Virus genome (UHGV): UHGV-1361177
Length of the DNA: 60,398 nucleotides
Reading direction: 5' to 3' (one strand)
DNA from: a virus
Position 1 is the stretch's first letter; the number at the start of each line of letters is the position of its first letter. The position numbers and the translations under genes were made by a program. The notes under the pieces were generated by a model, which saw nothing but the letters and a program-made list of their open reading frames with translations, had not been told where the DNA came from and searched no databases. Below, piece after piece: positions 1 to 9,325 of this stretch.

Positions 1-571
1 ACCACCAACCATTGCTATCATGGTTCCAGCCAACAGTGTATGAATTACTTTCTGCAAGGGTCCAATCTGGTCTTCCATATCCATCAATTCTGCTGTTGTT
101 AAGATTATACGATTTTTCGCATACGGCACCACCATTAGCGACAACTTCTGCACCGCTGCTGGTATTACCTTCAATCGTATAGACTTTTCCACCGGAAACT
201 TTTATTACAATTCCGGTGTGGCATATTCTTGACGAATTGCGGAAAAAAATCTGATCTCCTGGTTTGGGATCAGATTTGTGGTATTGGCCCTTATTCTTAA
301 AATATTGTGCAGACGTAGGAGTATAAGCGCTAAAGCCACCACACAACAATTGTTTAGCTTTTACTGAACCAAAGGCTTGTACAAAACACCAGTCTACGAA
401 CATATCACACCACGCTTGACCTTGAAGTGACGGATAAATATCCCTGGCATACTTTGTGTAATTATTGCTACCTGCATTGCCGGTTTTACTATCTAAAATA
501 TCATTTGACATTTTTTCAAGATATCCAAGTTCTGCTTTTGCAATTCCTATTAATCTGTCAACTACGCTCAT
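1..571 (-). CDS. N-terminal part of a CHAP-domain peptidoglycan hydrolase (endolysin-like). The ORF runs off the window start and continues in frame at 60190..60398.
   Basis: ATG at 569-571 preceded by AAAGGAGA. Translation MSVVDRLIGIAKAELGYLEK...GQAWCDMFVDWCF...CHTGIV shows the CHAP Cys/His motifs. The frame ends ...YTVGWNHDSNGWW with no stop before position 1. Confidence 0.6.
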   Translation of the reverse strand, partial: MSVVDRLIGIAKAELGYLEKMSNDILDSKTGNAGSNNYTKYARDIYPSLQGQAWCDMFVDWCFVQAFGSVKAKQLLCGGFSAYTPTSAQYFKNKGQYHKSDPKPGDQIFFRNSSRICHTGIVIKVSGGKVYTIEGNTSSGAEVVANGGAVCEKSYNLNNSRIDGYGRPDWTLAESNSYTVGWNHDSNGWW

Positions 572-585
572 TCATAGATTCTCCT

Positions 586-930
586 TTAATCCGGCCCTTC
601 AGGAAGACCAGCTTGCCTTAGCAAGTTAATTCTCTGCTTCATTTCATAGACAGCGCATTCCTCATTAGATTCAACATTACCGTTATCAGAGCTATCTTTG
701 TATTTATCCAATACTGGATGTTCGATATACTTAGCTCTTGACTTTTTGCCTGCCAAATTGCGTTCAATTGCAACCCCAACGGCAGATAACCCATAAGATC
801 CCCATTGCATCCATGCTTCTACATCTCTATGTTTACGTTCAAGCATATTAGCCTCAGCATATGGCTGTAAATCAGTCGGGCATGATTCGTCTATTTCTGA
901 TACTGTCAATCCATAACCTTTAGACACCAT
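586..930 (-). CDS. T segment of the tail assembly chaperone, probably expressed only as a G-T fusion by -1 frameshifting
   Basis: The open frame extends upstream of its first ATG to ~1059 and overlaps the 3' end of 972..1388 in the -1 frame. It lies immediately downstream of the G-like ORF. Confidence 0.5.
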   Translation of the reverse strand: MVSKGYGLTVSEIDESCPTDLQPYAEANMLERKHRDVEAWMQWGSYGLSAVGVAIERNLAGKKSRAKYIEHPVLDKYKDSSDNGNVESNEECAVYEMKQRINLLRQAGLPEGPD

Positions 931-971
931 TAACCAATACGGCCGTATTTCTTTACAATATGTATGCCAGG

Positions 972-1388
972 TTAATTCTTTTTGCTCTCTGCCGTTTCCG
1001 AAACTGCCTGAGACGTTTTCTGCTTTTTGGCTTTTGCCATTCTGGATAAAAAACCATTCTCAAGCAACTCCTTCTGTAAAATAGAAAACAAGGTATTCAT
1101 GTCTCCATCTTCACCATCAAAATAATCATCCAGAAGCGCATATACTTTTTCCAGACATGCGTCTTTCTGACTTTTGTTTTCCGGTTCATAACCAAACTCT
1201 TCTTTATGAAATTTTTGCAGACCAACTAAAAGCATCTCTGGTAAGAAAAGTAAAAGTTTTTCCACTGACTCCATATCTCCTGAAATATTATCCATATTCA
1301 TCAGATCACGAATAATACCAGACTTGATTGTAGCCTCATAGCCATACTTGATTTTTAATTCTCTATCTCCAAACTTAATTGTAGTCAT
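972..1388 (-). CDS. tail assembly chaperone (gpG-like)
   Basis: 138 aa with an acidic C-terminus, sited between the major tail gene and the T segment. The N-terminus MTTIKFGDRELKIKYGYEATIK is typical of siphophage chaperones. A slippery site sits near the 3' end. Confidence 0.5.
   Translation of the reverse strand: MTTIKFGDRELKIKYGYEATIKSGIIRDLMNMDNISGDMESVEKLLLFLPEMLLVGLQKFHKEEFGYEPENKSQKDACLEKVYALLDDYFDGEDGDMNTLFSILQKELLENGFLSRMAKAKKQKTSQAVSETAESKKN
1047..1053 (-). promoter_or_regulatory. candidate -1 programmed ribosomal frameshift site (T TTT TTA heptamer)
   Basis: The coding strand reads GGT TTT TTA TCC in the G frame. The -1 frame continues ATC CAG AAT GGC... into the T ORF. Confidence 0.45.
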
Positions 1389-1456
1389 TTTTATCCCTTT
1401 CCCCTATGGTATACATAGGAAAGGGGGCACTCCGTAGAATGCCCCACTTATCTTAC

Positions 1457-1957
1457 TTATGATTTTTTAGTTAATGTAATGCTTGTCGGATAACCATTTT
1501 CATCCTCAACTACTGCAACGTCATAATCATCCTCAATCCACTTCGGAACCGTCTGAACAGATACCGTTGCAGTACCAGTCAGATGATCATCGGATGCTTC
1601 GCCAGGTGCGAAGGACTCCTGACCGATAAATCCACAGATTCCCTCTGAACCCTTACCGTCTGTTCCATACAGAATGATAAAGTCCAGTTTCTTGCCCTCG
1701 TTGGTCACCATCTCATCTTTGTACTTTTTCTCAAAAGCGCCCTCAACTTCCATAGAACCAGCAGAACGTCTTCCCATTTCCTGAGTCTCTACAAGATCCT
1801 CCAGTGTAGATGTGTCTACCATATTCTGAGATCCGAATGGAGACGGAATGCTCTTCGCTCTCAGCAAAAGCTTATAAGTACCAGCCCAATACTCGCCTGT
1901 AGTTGCAGAAGTGCTGGTTTCTTTGTAAGCAATCCTTGATTTTAAGCCTGTAGCCAT
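1457..1957 (-). CDS. major tail protein (putative)
   Basis: 166 aa ORF directly upstream of the G/GT chaperone pair and downstream of connector genes. Size and position match siphovirus major tail proteins. Confidence 0.5.
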   Translation of the reverse strand: MATGLKSRIAYKETSTSATTGEYWAGTYKLLLRAKSIPSPFGSQNMVDTSTLEDLVETQEMGRRSAGSMEVEGAFEKKYKDEMVTNEGKKLDFIILYGTDGKGSEGICGFIGQESFAPGEASDDHLTGTATVSVQTVPKWIEDDYDVAVVEDENGYPTSITLTKKS

Positions 1958-2007
1958 ATTTTTACCTCCTGAATTTTCATAAAAAAATAAGAGCCATAAG
2001 CCCTTTA

Positions 2008-2421
2008 CTACAAAATGTCTGTTGCGCTAATAATGCGCCGCACCCTCATCGTGCTTCTGTACGTTCCATTGTCACCGGAAAACTCCGGCATTGCAGTTAT
2101 CCAGAAGCACATGCGTTTAAACTCATCGGCTATGACTGCCATAACCTTATTTGCATCACTCTGATTTGTATTAGTGATGACATCAACCTGGAACGTTTCT
2201 TGTACTGCATTCACGCTGATCCCTTCTAGGTCTTGTGCTTTCTCAACACCAGGGAGTTCATGCAGGTACACCGTAGGAAACAGGGCCTTAGAAGTGTTCT
2301 GCTCAATATCGGTAAAGTAAATGTTCGGGTATTTCCCAGAAAGCTTCTCACTCGCCCTGGATTTCACGATTGAGAATATTTTCTTTTCAAGGTCATATAC
2401 CCATTGATTTACACTTATCAT
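2008..2421 (-). CDS. tail terminator or head-tail joining protein (putative)
   Basis: 137 aa; assigned by position between the gp10-like gene and the major tail gene. Confidence 0.35.
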   Translation of the reverse strand: MISVNQWVYDLEKKIFSIVKSRASEKLSGKYPNIYFTDIEQNTSKALFPTVYLHELPGVEKAQDLEGISVNAVQETFQVDVITNTNQSDANKVMAVIADEFKRMCFWITAMPEFSGDNGTYRSTMRVRRIISATDIL

Positions 2422-2972
2422 GAGCCAAACACCTCCCTTGCTGTCTCCTCTATAATGTCCCTCAATTCATTTGCTGTGTTGTGCATGAATGGTCGGCTTG
2501 GCATGCCTTTTGTGATATGCAGCTTCCCATCCTTGCCAATGTAAGTCCAGTAATATTCGCCGGCTTTTACAAATGTGCTGCCATGGATGACAATATCTTC
2601 CATAGCCTGCCGAATTGTGCGCCCTGAATTATAAGCCCATGAAACACCATCCGGAAACTCATATGGATATGGCGAAGACTGACCAACTTGTCCCATTCCG
2701 AACTCTACGAACGCGCAATGGTTAGTTCCTGCTATCACAGCCCATATCCCACTGCCCGTTTTTTCAGAATGTATGCTTTCCAAAAGTTCACTTGTAAAAA
2801 CAGCATCGAGACTTATGATTTCTGCCTTGGCAATCTCTACGCCCTTTTCAGCCAATCTTTGGCTAAGCATGTTACACTTATTTGCCAAATCCTTTTTATA
2901 GTCCTCTAAGTCCTTTATAGCGGCTCTAACGGACGAAACTGAAAGGTTAAACGTTATGGTATGCCCCGTCAT
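2418..2972 (-). CDS. HK97 gp10-like tail completion protein (putative)
   Basis: 184 aa. The C-terminal GMPSRPFM motif resembles the conserved RPF motif of the HK97 gp10 family. Its stop overlaps the next start. Confidence 0.45.
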   Translation of the reverse strand: MTGHTITFNLSVSSVRAAIKDLEDYKKDLANKCNMLSQRLAEKGVEIAKAEIISLDAVFTSELLESIHSEKTGSGIWAVIAGTNHCAFVEFGMGQVGQSSPYPYEFPDGVSWAYNSGRTIRQAMEDIVIHGSTFVKAGEYYWTYIGKDGKLHITKGMPSRPFMHNTANELRDIIEETAREVFGS

Positions 2973-3397
2973 TACTTCACCACTTTTTGTAATAAGAACA
3001 AATCTACGGTCAAACCCTCGTCAGCTACACCGCGGACCGTGTAATCCGCAGTCAGCGGGTCAACGCCACCATCAGCATCATATCCCACAGCTGACTTTTT
3101 CCAAACCATGTCCCCGGCAGTCAGTGATAGATAACCTTTGTCTGTCACAATCTGGACATAAGTGCTGCTATCATCAATACCAAATTCTTTAACAAGAACC
3201 TCACTAAGTTTGTTGCTGATGTTTGCATAAAACTCTTGTGGTTCGGAATAACCAATTTTTTCATCAGCAATAATCGGTATCTTATTCCCATCCCCATCAA
3301 TGTAGTATTTTATGCTTCCATCTTCTTCTTTTTCATATACAATGATACGCTGTCCTTTGCGGGAACATTTCATTTTCTGCTTATTAATATCAAGCAT
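2972..3397 (-). CDS. hypothetical head-tail connector-region protein
   Basis: 141 aa ORF, translationally coupled with its neighbours. Confidence 0.3.
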   Translation of the reverse strand: MLDINKQKMKCSRKGQRIIVYEKEEDGSIKYYIDGDGNKIPIIADEKIGYSEPQEFYANISNKLSEVLVKEFGIDDSSTYVQIVTDKGYLSLTAGDMVWKKSAVGYDADGGVDPLTADYTVRGVADEGLTVDLFLLQKVVK

Positions 3398-3659
3398 CTT
3401 TTTTTACCTGCTTATAAATCTGGTTTACACCGGTACTGGCAAGCCCGCTTACGATCCCCACTGCAATAGCTGTCATAATGTCCGTTGCTGGGAAATCTGG
3501 GATAACATACATTCCAACCGCACCAAGGATGCCACCCACAGCACCAACAATTACTGGAATGTAATTATCCTTAACTCCATCTACAGTCTTTGCTCCAAGC
3601 CCAACCAAATAGCAGATAACCACAATCGCTAACGATGTTCCGACTTGTGTAATATCCAT
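3390..3659 (-). CDS. holin-like small membrane protein (Listeria A118/phi LC3-like pattern)
   Basis: 89 aa with three hydrophobic segments (SLAIVVICYLVGLGA, PVIVGAVGGILGAVGMYVI, IMTAIAVGIVSGLASTG) and a charged C-tail KQVKKDA. Confidence 0.5.
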   Translation of the reverse strand: MDITQVGTSLAIVVICYLVGLGAKTVDGVKDNYIPVIVGAVGGILGAVGMYVIPDFPATDIMTAIAVGIVSGLASTGVNQIYKQVKKDA

Positions 3660-3964
3660 TATTCTTTGCCCCCTTTTTTAAAGTGTAGCTCTTGGATCTC
3701 TTTATACATTTTAGTAATCATTCCGTTTCCGCCTAAAGCATGATAAGCGTCATACATTTCGGAAAAATTATCATAAGCGTATGAGGGGATTTCCCCCTCT
3801 TTCATATACTTAGTGTGATACTCAATCAGCTGCACACGCAGCAAAAGCATGGTACCTTTGCTGTTTGCATCTCTGTCCTTTTTTTGCTGTTGCAAAAGCC
3901 AAACAATGTACCCTAAAATCACCGGCAATGCCAATGTATATGTCTGTAGTAAAATTTCTTTCAT
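3659..3964 (-). CDS. small membrane protein with one N-terminal TM segment (possible holin partner or antiholin)
   Basis: The likely start is MKEILLQTYTLALPVILGYIVWLL, preceded by GGAG. Its stop overlaps the holin-like start. Confidence 0.35.
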   Translation of the reverse strand: MKEILLQTYTLALPVILGYIVWLLQQQKKDRDANSKGTMLLLRVQLIEYHTKYMKEGEIPSYAYDNFSEMYDAYHALGGNGMITKMYKEIQELHFKKGGKE

Positions 3965-4093
3965 TTCATAGCTCCTGCTGCTGTAAAAATTACACACTGC
4001 CCACCGCCACAAAAAAGTGTGCCCCTGCTATCGTTTTGTTAACCTCAACAAAATCATAACGCACAATCTTCTAAACTCCTCGATATCGAGGAG

Positions 4094-4456
4094 TTATAAA
4101 ACCTTTACAAACGGATATACCCCAGCCAGAAGGCTATCACGATCTTTCCAGTTCCTGCTTACTCCATTCTCTGTATAAGATGCCATATAAGCCTCTCCTG
4201 CCTGCGACCTATCATACACAGTCAGATTTACGATGACACTTTCATATTTCTTCATGTCATTTTCAATTTGTTCCTTTGTATAACTCTCTGGGTACATCCG
4301 CCTGCTCATGATTTCATCTATTGCCTGAACAATTAGCTGCTCCAATAATGGATTTTCTTCTTTATGGTCAAACACAGTAATGTCAGTTCCGGAGCTATCA
4401 TCGATATGAAATTGTTTCAGCCGGATCTTTACCTGCTCTAATACCGTATATGCCAT
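4094..4456 (-). CDS. gp6-like head-tail connector (adaptor) protein
   Basis: 120 aa. The N-terminus MAYTVLEQVKIRLKQFHIDDSSGTD...LIVQAIDEIM matches the Phage_connect_1 pattern. Confidence 0.55.
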   Translation of the reverse strand: MAYTVLEQVKIRLKQFHIDDSSGTDITVFDHKEENPLLEQLIVQAIDEIMSRRMYPESYTKEQIENDMKKYESVIVNLTVYDRSQAGEAYMASYTENGVSRNWKDRDSLLAGVYPFVKVL

Positions 4457-4464
4457 AAAACCTC

Positions 4465-4701
4465 CTAAAGCCCAAACAAGTTGATAAAATACTCTTTCAG
4501 TGCTGATCCTGTCATAGATTCATATCCTACAACTCCATTTTCAGCAGCAAGAGACTTTAAATCGTCAGTACTCATTCTGTTAATTTCTGTTTTGGTAAAC
4601 CTTTGGTCAAATGGTAAAGAAGCGGTTTCACCCACTTCTTTAATTTCTTGACCAGGAAGATACCATTTGCCATTGTATTTAACTTTGTGGTCAAACTTCA
4701 T
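4465..4701 (-). CDS. hypothetical protein downstream of the capsid gene
   Basis: 78 aa ORF. Confidence 0.35.
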   Translation of the reverse strand: MKFDHKVKYNGKWYLPGQEIKEVGETASLPFDQRFTKTEINRMSTDDLKSLAAENGVVGYESMTGSALKEYFINLFGL

Positions 4702-4717
4702 GGTAATAGCCCTCCAA

Positions 4718-5824
4718 TTAATAACACTTGATTACATATGTGCTATCCATTCTTTCATAGGACGGAAGTACGATTTCAGATACAGTAGTCTTTGTCTGTA
4801 CTGGATCACTGGTAGTTGTCACTGCCACAGCTACACCAGTATTGACAATTGATACATCTGCTTCTCCACTTCCCATAAGGGTTCTTTCCTCAGGAGTTGT
4901 ACCATACCAAGTGTTTCCTAATGCACCATTAGGAATCAGTGTTGCAAATCCATCTGGATAGAATTTGGCAGCAGTGCCAGCCTCATTCTTGTACTGCTTT
5001 GAGTATACAATAATGCTTACTCCTAACTCGTTGGAGAATACTTCTTTTACACGATTGTCATTCATGAAAATGTTAGCTGTTACATTTTGTGCCAGAATAG
5101 CATTGCGGATTTTCTTATTCTGCTTCAGATAATCCATTGTCTTTCTGGAAACAATCATGATGGATGGACGTTCTCCAGTTTCTGCTTCTACCGCATCTAA
5201 TGCAGTAGCAACATCATCTAATGGGTCAGAATTAGTAGTATCGTCCCATTTATCAGTTGCAGTTTCAAGTGAAGCAAAATTCTTCGTAGCATATGTGTTG
5301 TTTGGATCATAGTTATATGCATAATTTACTCCATTTGCCTGAATGGAAATCTTAGGATGTCCATCGGATGGTGCTAATAGCTGCATAATCATACGTTCAG
5401 GAACAACATTAGCACCGTCAATTAAGGTATTGGCATCATCGAAGATTCTGCTCAATACTTCTGATGCATATGGATCCGTACTATCCTGAACACGCATAAT
5501 TTCCTGTTCATCCGCTTCCTTAATCAGCATTGATTCGCGAAAAAACGCCATCTCTGTTTCGGTAAGCTTAAAACCTTCACGGCTTCTAAGAGTAGACACA
5601 GCATCAAAATTTGATGGTGCCAGGGAAACCGGAAGACCTTTAGATGTCTTGATCCACTTCAGATCAAGCCCCATTTTCTTTTTTGCCGGAAATAATCCGG
5701 AACCAAGATATGCAATTTTGTTACTTGCAACTTCTGTATTTACGAGTGCAATCGCTTTAGCGCTATACGCATCTCTAATATTCATCATGTCCTCACTTTC
5801 TACCGATACGGTTAATGGTCGCAA
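4718..5824 (-). CDS. major capsid protein
   Basis: 368 aa ORF between scaffold and connector genes. Size and position match HK97-fold MCPs. Confidence 0.7.
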   Translation of the reverse strand: MRPLTVSVESEDMMNIRDAYSAKAIALVNTEVASNKIAYLGSGLFPAKKKMGLDLKWIKTSKGLPVSLAPSNFDAVSTLRSREGFKLTETEMAFFRESMLIKEADEQEIMRVQDSTDPYASEVLSRIFDDANTLIDGANVVPERMIMQLLAPSDGHPKISIQANGVNYAYNYDPNNTYATKNFASLETATDKWDDTTNSDPLDDVATALDAVEAETGERPSIMIVSRKTMDYLKQNKKIRNAILAQNVTANIFMNDNRVKEVFSNELGVSIIVYSKQYKNEAGTAAKFYPDGFATLIPNGALGNTWYGTTPEERTLMGSGEADVSIVNTGVAVAVTTTSDPVQTKTTVSEIVLPSYERMDSTYVIKCY

Positions 5825-5844
5825 ATCTTTATGACCATTTTTTC

Positions 5845-6183
5845 TTACTCAAATACAATAAGCGGAAGTGCTGTTTTTACTCCTGAAGCAATTGTAATTC
5901 CCGCATTAGTGTTCGCATTGGTCTCATTTACACATGCAAATGCCTTTACAATGGTTCCATTCGGGTTTGAATCATATACATCTGTCAGAAGTATTCCTAC
6001 TGCTGCCCCATCAGAAGATTCAGCATTTACTTTTTTTCCAGTAGCATCAATGGGATTTCCTGCCTTACAAACATGATTCGTAAAAGCTGTAGAATCGAGG
6101 GTGATCTCTTCAAACAGTTCTCCGCCCAGTCTTCTTTTTAAAATTTCTTTCTGTGTAGTTACACTAGACTCTGTAAATTTCAT
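5845..6183 (-). CDS. hypothetical head protein (possible decoration protein)
   Basis: 112 aa ORF between the scaffold and capsid genes. Confidence 0.35.
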   Translation of the reverse strand: MKFTESSVTTQKEILKRRLGGELFEEITLDSTAFTNHVCKAGNPIDATGKKVNAESSDGAAVGILLTDVYDSNPNGTIVKAFACVNETNANTNAGITIASGVKTALPLIVFE

Positions 6184-6193
6184 TGCTTGCCTC

Positions 6194-6751
6194 CTATAAA
6201 TAACTATCTACGACTGACTTTGCAGCTTCATTCACTCCGGCAAGTGACTTTCCAATTGACTCAGCTGCTTTTTCAGCATCTGTTTTTGCTTTATTACCGC
6301 CTGTTCCACCACCCGGAATGTCCTGATTTTTAGCAATCTCTTGTTCCTTTGCCTGTGCAGCAGCCGTTTCTTTATCGGACATAATTTTTCCAAGTTCAGC
6401 GTAGTCAAGGCTACCGTCATCTTTCACAACCGTTTTGGCCTGCTCAGCTGTAATCTTAAAATTGGTCATTGCAGCCTCTCTCTGATCTCTGATGGCATTG
6501 TTCTTTTGCAAGTCAGCAATTGTCTTATTCGCCGCTTCCAGAGCCTTGTTGACCTTCTCAACCTCAGAAAGGTTTCCAGCCTCCAAGTCATCAATTCTTT
6601 TCTGAAGATCAGCCGCCTTGTCTGCATCAGCTTTATAAGCCTTTGCTTTTTCTTTTTCCCTAGCCACTTCACTGTTGTTCTGATTCAACAGATTTGTAAT
6701 CTGGTCATCGGTTGCATCTGGAAAAAGCTTTAAGATTTGTTCCCTTGTCAT
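6194..6751 (-). CDS. scaffolding protein (putative)
   Basis: 185 aa, A/K/E-rich with coiled-coil character, sited upstream of the capsid gene. Confidence 0.55.
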   Translation of the reverse strand: MTREQILKLFPDATDDQITNLLNQNNSEVAREKEKAKAYKADADKAADLQKRIDDLEAGNLSEVEKVNKALEAANKTIADLQKNNAIRDQREAAMTNFKITAEQAKTVVKDDGSLDYAELGKIMSDKETAAAQAKEQEIAKNQDIPGGGTGGNKAKTDAEKAAESIGKSLAGVNEAAKSVVDSYL

Positions 6752-6866
6752 AAAAAATTACCTCCATTACTCACGCTTTTGTTCCCGCAGGTCGCTCCTG
6801 CTGAGTTTCCTATTTACCGCATAGGTGCAAATTTTTATAAGAAAAAAGCAACCCTAAAAAGGTTGC

Positions 6867-7502
6867 TTAATCTTTCGTATATCTTAAAGAGCATCGACAA
6901 TTAATGATTTCCTCCGGAAAGGCATCAGCTCCCAATGACGTATCTCTTGGAAACATCATCTGCGCATCGCCAACATCGAAATGCTCAAAAATTCCTATTT
7001 TATTTTCATCAAGTCTCACATGGGTGTGTCGAACACGATTGTCTTTCATTGTACGCCATGTTTTGAACCGGTATCCATTTTTTATCATTTCTACCTGTTC
7101 GCGATAGTTTCCAACAGAATTCGCTTCATTCGCAGCCAGAAGCATTGCTCTTTCTTCTGACAAGTAATACTCACTGTCGATATTCTCCAATGTGGTATCA
7201 ACAATGGACTTTGTTACCTGCGCAGCGTATTCCGCAATATATGCCGGAGTTACTTTTACACCCATGTACTCTGTGGCAATCTGACAATATTTATCATCAA
7301 TATACTGATAACAGCTGTCTGCATTCTCATCATCTTGTACTGCCATTGCAAACAGAAGTAAAAAAGCCACTTCCATATCTTTTGCAAGTTGAATTCGGTC
7401 TTTCTTTTCCTTTTCCGATATCTCCATTTCTCCAAAATATTGCTCATAGGATAGCGGTTCAGCTATATTCAGTTCATCTATGTCTAGTCTACGACTCGCC
7501 AT
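6867..7502 (-). CDS. minor head morphogenesis protein (Mu F / SPP1 gp7 family)
   Basis: Motifs KTWRTMKDNRVRHTHVRLDENKI and INCRCSL, sited right after the portal gene. Confidence 0.75.
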   Translation of the reverse strand: MASRRLDIDELNIAEPLSYEQYFGEMEISEKEKKDRIQLAKDMEVAFLLLFAMAVQDDENADSCYQYIDDKYCQIATEYMGVKVTPAYIAEYAAQVTKSIVDTTLENIDSEYYLSEERAMLLAANEANSVGNYREQVEMIKNGYRFKTWRTMKDNRVRHTHVRLDENKIGIFEHFDVGDAQMMFPRDTSLGADAFPEEIINCRCSLRYTKD

Positions 7503-7506
7503 ATCA

Positions 7507-8979
7507 TCACTTCTCTACCTTCTGATTGCTGTTACTGATATTATTTCCATTTTGATTTTGATTGCCAATCTGAAAAGCTATTTCTTGTGCCTTACGTTCC
7601 TGCTCTTCTACATCATCAATAGTCTTCCACAAGTTATCAACATATGGCTTAGATAACAGAAATGTCTTTTCTGCATCTCCCCAAAGGCCTACTGTTTTTA
7701 TTGCAACAAGAGGATGAATGCCACATTGAAGAAGCTGTAATAGTGTCTGTGACTTGGTATACATATTGTCCTGAGGACTATGGTTAATCTGCACATCAAA
7801 ATCACGTAGAGTAAGGTTCAAACCGTTGCCTGCAACACGCAAAACGTTCAGCACTACCATTGCAAGTCTTTTCTCTGCCGACTTAACAAGCGGGTCTTTT
7901 AATTTTGCTCTGGTTTTAGAAAAGTCCCATCCATTTCTCAACTGTACAGCCCCTTGTGTATCGCCTCCGGTATTGCTCTGCTTCGTTGGAATAGCCAGAA
8001 TTGACAGCGTATTATCCCACAAATCATCTTTCGCAACCTGGCACTGTGTCTGGTTAAGCTCCTGTGTCATCACATCAACATCAGACTTATTGTCCTTATT
8101 AATGGACGTTACTACCAGTGCCCTGCTCATCTTCATTTTTTTGAACTGTTCTTCATCGACTTCGCAGTTGACAAATTTAATCCATGACTGTACAAATTGT
8201 TCAATGCCGTCCATGCGGTTTGACTGCATGTTGTTGATTGCATCCAGCATGGAAATAACCAGTTCAATATCTGAAATTCTTTCATGGTTATTTGGATACT
8301 CCACAATTGGAATACCGCCATAAGTATGCAGCTTTGATTCTACCAGATCGCTATTAACCATTTTGAAGGACATGGTATCAGAAAATGCCAGCTTGTAATA
8401 CCGACCATCCTCATCTTTCAGTTCCTGAACAACCAGAATCGGTTCTTCCGTATTCCGATTGTAAATCATGAAAGTATTCATAGGAGTAGGGGCTGTAATT
8501 CGGAATGGAACATCACCTTGCTTTGGCTGTACAGCCTTGAATGACGTTCCCGTAGCTGACTGCCACTCACCAGCCTTAATGTCCTTTTCCTGCTTGTTGG
8601 CATCTACCATGTAATCGTTCAGCTCATCAACAGCTTTGTTAATGGCTTCATCATCTTTCCGGCTGATAAACTGCACAGGTTCTCCATATGTCTGGCCCAC
8701 TTTAAACTGGACAATCTCATAGGCATGATTCTCAACGATTTTGTTTGTTATGTCCTCATTGGTAATCTTCGTTCTGTATAAAGTTGGCTGATCACCTTTA
8801 TAGTAGCGCCACAGATACCTGATTGCAATTTTATTCCCATAGAAAACACCAATGCAATCACCAATTACCTTCACAACATTCTGTGGTGTGATTTTATCGA
8901 CATCCGTATATGCTATTTTTCGTCCATAAACTCCATGAACCAGGTCTTGGAATTTCATTGTGTTTCTTGTAAAATTCAT
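7507..8979 (-). CDS. portal protein
   Basis: ~490 aa ORF downstream of the terminase. The likely start MNFTRN is preceded by AGGTGA. Confidence 0.75.
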   Translation of the reverse strand: MNFTRNTMKFQDLVHGVYGRKIAYTDVDKITPQNVVKVIGDCIGVFYGNKIAIRYLWRYYKGDQPTLYRTKITNEDITNKIVENHAYEIVQFKVGQTYGEPVQFISRKDDEAINKAVDELNDYMVDANKQEKDIKAGEWQSATGTSFKAVQPKQGDVPFRITAPTPMNTFMIYNRNTEEPILVVQELKDEDGRYYKLAFSDTMSFKMVNSDLVESKLHTYGGIPIVEYPNNHERISDIELVISMLDAINNMQSNRMDGIEQFVQSWIKFVNCEVDEEQFKKMKMSRALVVTSINKDNKSDVDVMTQELNQTQCQVAKDDLWDNTLSILAIPTKQSNTGGDTQGAVQLRNGWDFSKTRAKLKDPLVKSAEKRLAMVVLNVLRVAGNGLNLTLRDFDVQINHSPQDNMYTKSQTLLQLLQCGIHPLVAIKTVGLWGDAEKTFLLSKPYVDNLWKTIDDVEEQERKAQEIAFQIGNQNQNGNNISNSNQKVEK

Positions 8980-8987
8980 GTTTTCAC

Positions 8988-9185
8988 CTACATATAAGTA
9001 AGGCCTGAAGAACATTTTCTTTCAGGTCTCTCTTTCAGTTCAGTATCATCATTATCGGGATAATAGATAACACGCCTATAGCATTTTTTACAAATACAAA
9101 TAACTGGTGTTGATGTACGCCCGTCCCATCTGCCTACTCTTATACCGCATCTAGGACAGTACACAGTTTTAGGTTCATGCTTCAT
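8988..9185 (-). CDS. small zinc-ribbon protein
   Basis: CPRCG...CICKKC motifs in 65 aa. Its stop abuts the portal RBS. Confidence 0.4.
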   Translation of the reverse strand: MKHEPKTVYCPRCGIRVGRWDGRTSTPVICICKKCYRRVIYYPDNDDTELKERPERKCSSGLTYM

Positions 9186-9325
9186 ACTCGTATCCTCTTT
9201 TTACATAAGAAAAGCGCTACCACATTATGGTAGCGCTTCTCACGTTTGGATGGATTGGATTTTTACAAGTATATAGTAACACATTGTTTTTTCAAAATAA
9301 AGCATTGTAAAGAGGACATTTCGGG

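Noticed and set aside
7826-8323. Plus-strand 165-aa ORF inside the portal gene
   Set aside because: It is antisense to a well-supported minus-strand gene, has no RBS, and has low-complexity Ser/Leu-rich composition typical of antisense frames in AT-rich coding DNA.
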